Source: Guillardia theta CCMP2712 (Eukaryota; Protista; Cryptophyta). From it: a stretch of 45,149 bases of DNA. Below are positions 34,949 through 45,149 of this stretch, one piece after another. The first letter of the stretch is position 1; each line of letters starts with the position of its first letter. The notes below the pieces were generated by a model. It saw nothing but the letters and a program-made list of their open reading frames with translations. It searched no databases and was not told the origin of the DNA. The DNA lies in contig NW_005434548.1 in assembly GCF_000315625.1 (NCBI RefSeq), positions 49,696-94,844 of the forward strand. The letters run 5' to 3'. The position numbers were made by a program, and so were the translations under genes.

Positions 34949-35794
34949 CCTCGCTCTCCTGCCACCGCCTGTCCTCGGTCGCGGGCCCCCGCAGCAGCTG
35001 CTGTCTCAGTAGCGTCGTAGCGGCCTAGTCAGTACCGGGTACCGTACCGGGTCAGCCGCCGGCCCGCGGCCGCATCACTACTCAGTGCCTGAGTGCCGGG
35101 CACGGTTTAGTACGGTGGGTCCGGCCGGCACCGTGACAGCAGATTGACAGTGTCCTCGTTTCAGGTAGTTCAGTTCAACTTAACTTTGCCACGGAGAGAC
35201 GACCGACGACATGACTCAGTGAGCCAATTTCTGTTCAAAGACTGCTTTCAATGACTGAGCATCGGGTATTACTCAGCCAGTGACACTGAGGTAGGCATTT
35301 CAAAAAAGTTTCAAACTACATAGTTACTAGTGACTCGGAACGCCAGCCCGGTCACTGGCCGGGCCGCGGCTTTGCAGTTTTCAGTGCCACGCTAGTAGGG
35401 CCTGGCTCCGACAGGCAGCGGCTCGGCGCGGCAAAGCACTGGCCTGCCAGCCAGGCGAGCTATCATACCGAGTCACTTCAACTTGGATTGAAGTTCAACG
35501 GTGGCACTTCCGAGAGATCGGACCACCAACCTGTCCAACAGTTAGAAAAAGAACGAAAAAGAAGAGAAATTAAAGGGACGATACTGAAGATAAATAACGC
35601 CGGTGAGGTGAGGTGGGAGGAGGAGGAGGAGGAGAAGGAGGAGGAGAAGGAGGAGGAGGAGGAGAAGGAGCCCGGGGAGAGGAGGAGAGGGAGGAAGAAC
35701 GGGTAGACATATATGAGAAAGGGGAAGGCGGCGGAGAGCATAGCGGAGTATTGGGAAGGTCACTGCATCGGTCTAATCTCAAATCTTCATCACC

Positions 35795-37636
35795 TCACTT
35801 AATCTTCGTCAGCTCCGCGATTCTGGTCTGGTTCTCCCGATTGTCCTTTCCGATCTGGTCGAGGGCCCTGCGTGCTTTTTCGCCGATGGTTTCCTCCCCC
35901 GGGAAGTTCCTCTCCCATCTGTGGGCCCCCATTGTCCTCACTACGAGCTCGATGCCACCGGCCTCACGGATCCGAGTCTGATTCTCCTGGTTCCCATCCG
36001 ACAACCTGCCGAGGGCGACGCTGGCAATGTCCTGCAGAGGGGAGCAGCGACGGTGCTGTTTCATAGCGGCAACGATCGCCTCGATCCCCCTGGCCTCCCT
36101 CACCAAGTCCTGATCCTGCTTGCTTGACATCGCAAACACGCTGATGGCAGTGCAGGCTGCGTGCAGGACCAACTGGTGCAAGGGGTGAGTAAGCATGGCC
36201 CCCACTGTGACCTCGATTCCACCAGCCTCTCTAATCAACTCCTGGACATCTGGGTTATTTTTCGCCAACACCGAGAGCAGGAGAGCTGCTTCCTGTTGCA
36301 CTGAGACGTCCTGTCTGTGTTCCTTGAGCGCTGATATGACGAGATTGATCCCGTTCACCCTTGCGATCATGCCTTGCACTGAGTTCATAACGTTGATCAT
36401 TGTCATAAGAACTCGGAAACCTTGGATCTGCACTAGGGCATCCTTTGGGTAGGCTTTTATCGCCGCTATGATGCATGCAAATCCCTGCACCTCAATGATC
36501 TCTACCACATATCTGAAATTATCGTTCGCCAGATAGCCAAACGCTCGGCAGCCCAGCGTCTGCACCTCAGCCACATCAATACAGTTGCTCATGGACATTG
36601 TGATTGCCCCGATACCATTGGCATTTTGGATGGCCATTTTACAGGACCTGCCGCAGGAAGCCATGTTAGACAGTATCAGGCATGCGTCCGTCTGTAGTTC
36701 GTCGAACTCCCAGTTCTGGCTCATCGCATCTAGTACGACTGGGATCCCCCCGTGTTCTCTTATCAACTCACAGATCCGGGGGACTTTTGAGAGTCTCGAC
36801 AGGATCCTGCAGCCTTCCTCTAGCACTGCTTCCTCCGTGTGGAGCTGCAACGCATCCACGATCGCCTTGACACCATCTTGGTTCCCGATGAGCTCGAGGT
36901 TCTCCTCGTGTGCTCCTTCTACAAGGCTGGTCAGCGCTGAGAAGGCTGCCTTAATGATTACTTCTTCCTCTGCATGGTCCTTGATGACGGTAAGGATTGC
37001 CTCGATGCCTCCTGCCTGCCTGATCCGATCCTGATTCGGAGTGTATCCCGTGCCAGAGATCAATCCGAGCGCGGCACACGCGTTCCGCACCAAAGATAGA
37101 CGCGTTGGGAATCGCTTCATTGCCGCCACAAGGGCCTCAACCGCGCCGGCCTCACGAGCACGGGCAATGCATAGGGGCAGCCGAAAGATGTTGAAGGCGC
37201 AATGGGAGATACAGCAAATGTCGAGGACGTCTTCATTGTCGCTGTGACGTCTCATGCACTCAGTCACAGAGCTGATCACATCGTTCTCTATGACGAGTTC
37301 AATCATGCTCAAGTTCTCTACCATGGCCAGATGCAGAATCTTCTGGCAGCATGCATGCATGACTTTGTTGTGCAGGGACTCCTTCATGCACCTGATGATC
37401 GCCTTGGCCTGATTACGAGTACATGCGACGGTCAAAAGTGGATCCTGGCGAATGGCCTCGGCAAACTGCATCAGCAGAAGCTCTTGAGTGCCAGGGCTAC
37501 TTTCCAGCTCGAATTGTTCCAGCAACTTTTGGACAAGGGACCTGGATTTCACTTTCTTGCTGAGAGCAGTCTTCCTCTTCTTGGAGCGTTGGGCATCGAT
37601 CTTGATTCTTTGAGAAGGACTTTGTAACTTTGACAT
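35795..37636 (-). CDS. Armadillo (ARM) repeat protein, apparently intronless (~613 aa)
   Basis: About 10 tandem ~42-aa repeats of the form NQxxIREAGGIEAIVxAMKxH..VQxxACxALxxL. Clean ORF from MSKLQSP (37636) to the stop at 35795. Confidence 0.9.
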   Translation of the reverse strand: MSKLQSPSQRIKIDAQRSKKRKTALSKKVKSRSLVQKLLEQFELESSPGTQELLLMQFAEAIRQDPLLTVACTRNQAKAIIRCMKESLHNKVMHACCQKILHLAMVENLSMIELVIENDVISSVTECMRRHSDNEDVLDICCISHCAFNIFRLPLCIARAREAGAVEALVAAMKRFPTRLSLVRNACAALGLISGTGYTPNQDRIRQAGGIEAILTVIKDHAEEEVIIKAAFSALTSLVEGAHEENLELIGNQDGVKAIVDALQLHTEEAVLEEGCRILSRLSKVPRICELIREHGGIPVVLDAMSQNWEFDELQTDACLILSNMASCGRSCKMAIQNANGIGAITMSMSNCIDVAEVQTLGCRAFGYLANDNFRYVVEIIEVQGFACIIAAIKAYPKDALVQIQGFRVLMTMINVMNSVQGMIARVNGINLVISALKEHRQDVSVQQEAALLLSVLAKNNPDVQELIREAGGIEVTVGAMLTHPLHQLVLHAACTAISVFAMSSKQDQDLVREARGIEAIVAAMKQHRRCSPLQDIASVALGRLSDGNQENQTRIREAGGIELVVRTMGAHRWERNFPGEETIGEKARRALDQIGKDNRENQTRIAELTKIK

Positions 37637-37814
37637 GCTGATCAAGTTACGATTCTTACTACGTTTGCTGTAGAAATGTCTTAAGACCAGGAGGACTGGT
37701 AACAATGAAGGTGAGAGTAGGGAGGAGGCACCAATGGGACAGAGTTTTGGAGGGAGGGAGGGAGGGGAGGGAGGGAGGGGAGGGAGGGAGGGAGGGAGGG
37801 AGGGAGGGTAGGGA

Positions 37815-38663
37815 NNNNNNNNNNNNNNNNNNNNNNNNNNNNNNNNNNNNNNNNNNNNNNNNNNNNNNNNNNNNNNNNNNNNNNNNNNNNNNNNNNNNNN
37901 NNNNNNNNNNNNNNNNNNNNNNNNNNNNNNNNNNNNNNNNNNNNNNNNNNNNNNNNNNNNNNNNNNNNNNNNNNNNNNNNNNNNNNNNNNNNNNNNNNNN
38001 NNNNNNNNNNNNNNNNNNNNNNNNNNNNNNNNNNNNNNNNNNNNNNNNNNNNNNNNNNNNNNNNNNNNNNNNNNNNNNNNNNNNNNNNNNNNNNNNNNNN
38101 NNNNNNNNNNNNNNNNNNNNNNNNNNNNNNNNNNNNNNNNNNNNNNNNNNNNNNNNNNNNNNNNNNNNNNNNNNNNNNNNNNNNNNNNNNNNNNNNNNNN
38201 NNNNNNNNNNNNNNNNNNNNNNNNNNNNNNNNNNNNNNNNNNNNNNNNNNNNNNNNNNNNNNNNNNNNNNNNNNNNNNNNNNNNNNNNNNNNNNNNNNNN
38301 NNNNNNNNNNNNNNNNNNNNNNNNNNNNNNNNNNNNNNNNNNNNNNNNNNNNNNNNNNNNNNNNNNNNNNNNNNNNNNNNNNNNNNNNNNNNNNNNNNNN
38401 NNNNNNNNNNNNNNNNNNNNNNNNNNNNNNNNNNNNNNNNNNNNNNNNNNNNNNNNNNNNNNNNNNNNNNNNNNNNNNNNNNNNNNNNNNNNNNNNNNNN
38501 NNNNNNNNNNNNNNNNNNNNNNNNNNNNNNNNNNNNNNNNNNNNNNNNNNNNNNNNNNNNNNNNNNNNNNNNNNNNNNNNNNNNNNNNNNNNNNNNNNNN
38601 NNNNNNNNNNNNNNNNNNNNNNNNNNNNNNNNNNNNNNNNNNNNNNNNNNNNNNNNNNNNNNN
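37815..38663. other. Assembly gap
   Basis: N run flanked by (GGGA)n repeats. Confidence 1.
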
Positions 38664-38988
38664 GGCCAGGCAGCAAGGAAGGAATGAGTAGGAAGGAAGG
38701 AACGGAGGAAGGGAGGGAGGGAGGGAGGGAGGGAGGGAGGGAGGGAGAAATGGAATTGATCCAACATTGACCGCACTCTGACCCTGAACCCTCAGGCACG
38801 TACTCAGTACGATAGTTGTGGCACTGGACAACATGCAAGGTGCAGGAGTCAGTTTCTGTGCTGATACAGTGTGAGCCAACTGATCTCGAGCAAGAGTAGG
38901 CTCCGTAGGCTACCTCATCAGCCTTCCTGTCTTGATCGATCCTGCAGGTGCACCTTTTTGTTCCCCTAAGAGAGACAGAGCAGTCACC

Positions 38989-45149
<6,161 letters not shown>

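Overview
Eukaryotic nuclear DNA: gene-dense and intron-rich, with short spliceosomal introns, many filled with (CCT)/(GGA), (GAT), (CTG) and (CCTCT) microsatellites, and three N-gaps. The style resembles a cryptophyte alga such as Guillardia theta (inference, not verified). Most ORFs in the supplied track are low-complexity artefacts, so I spliced gene models by hand; exon and gene limits are approximate. Left to right: a P4-type ATPase phospholipid flippase (-, runs off the left edge); a Cys-rich hypothetical protein (-); a large single-pass receptor-like protein with a bacterial-type beta-propeller, EGF/CCP modules and a juxtamembrane ZU5 domain with an HFS motif (-); a YAK1 kinase (+); a ~77-aa small protein (-); a Dpy-30/RIIa-like + IQ protein (+); a PDZ protein (-); an inositol monophosphatase (-); a weak hypothetical gene (-); an F-box/SOCS-like + parallel beta-helix protein (-); an intronless ARM-repeat protein (-); and a large secreted protein resembling Dictyostelium Sib (similar-to-integrin-beta) adhesins (+, runs off the right edge). 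Most notable: the possibly self-cleaving ZU5 receptor, the Sib-like adhesin, a TOS-like motif at the YAK1 C-terminus, three single-G frameshifts in G-runs, a ~29-bp intergenic element in three copies, a nested 32-bp perfect palindrome, and two GC-AG introns.
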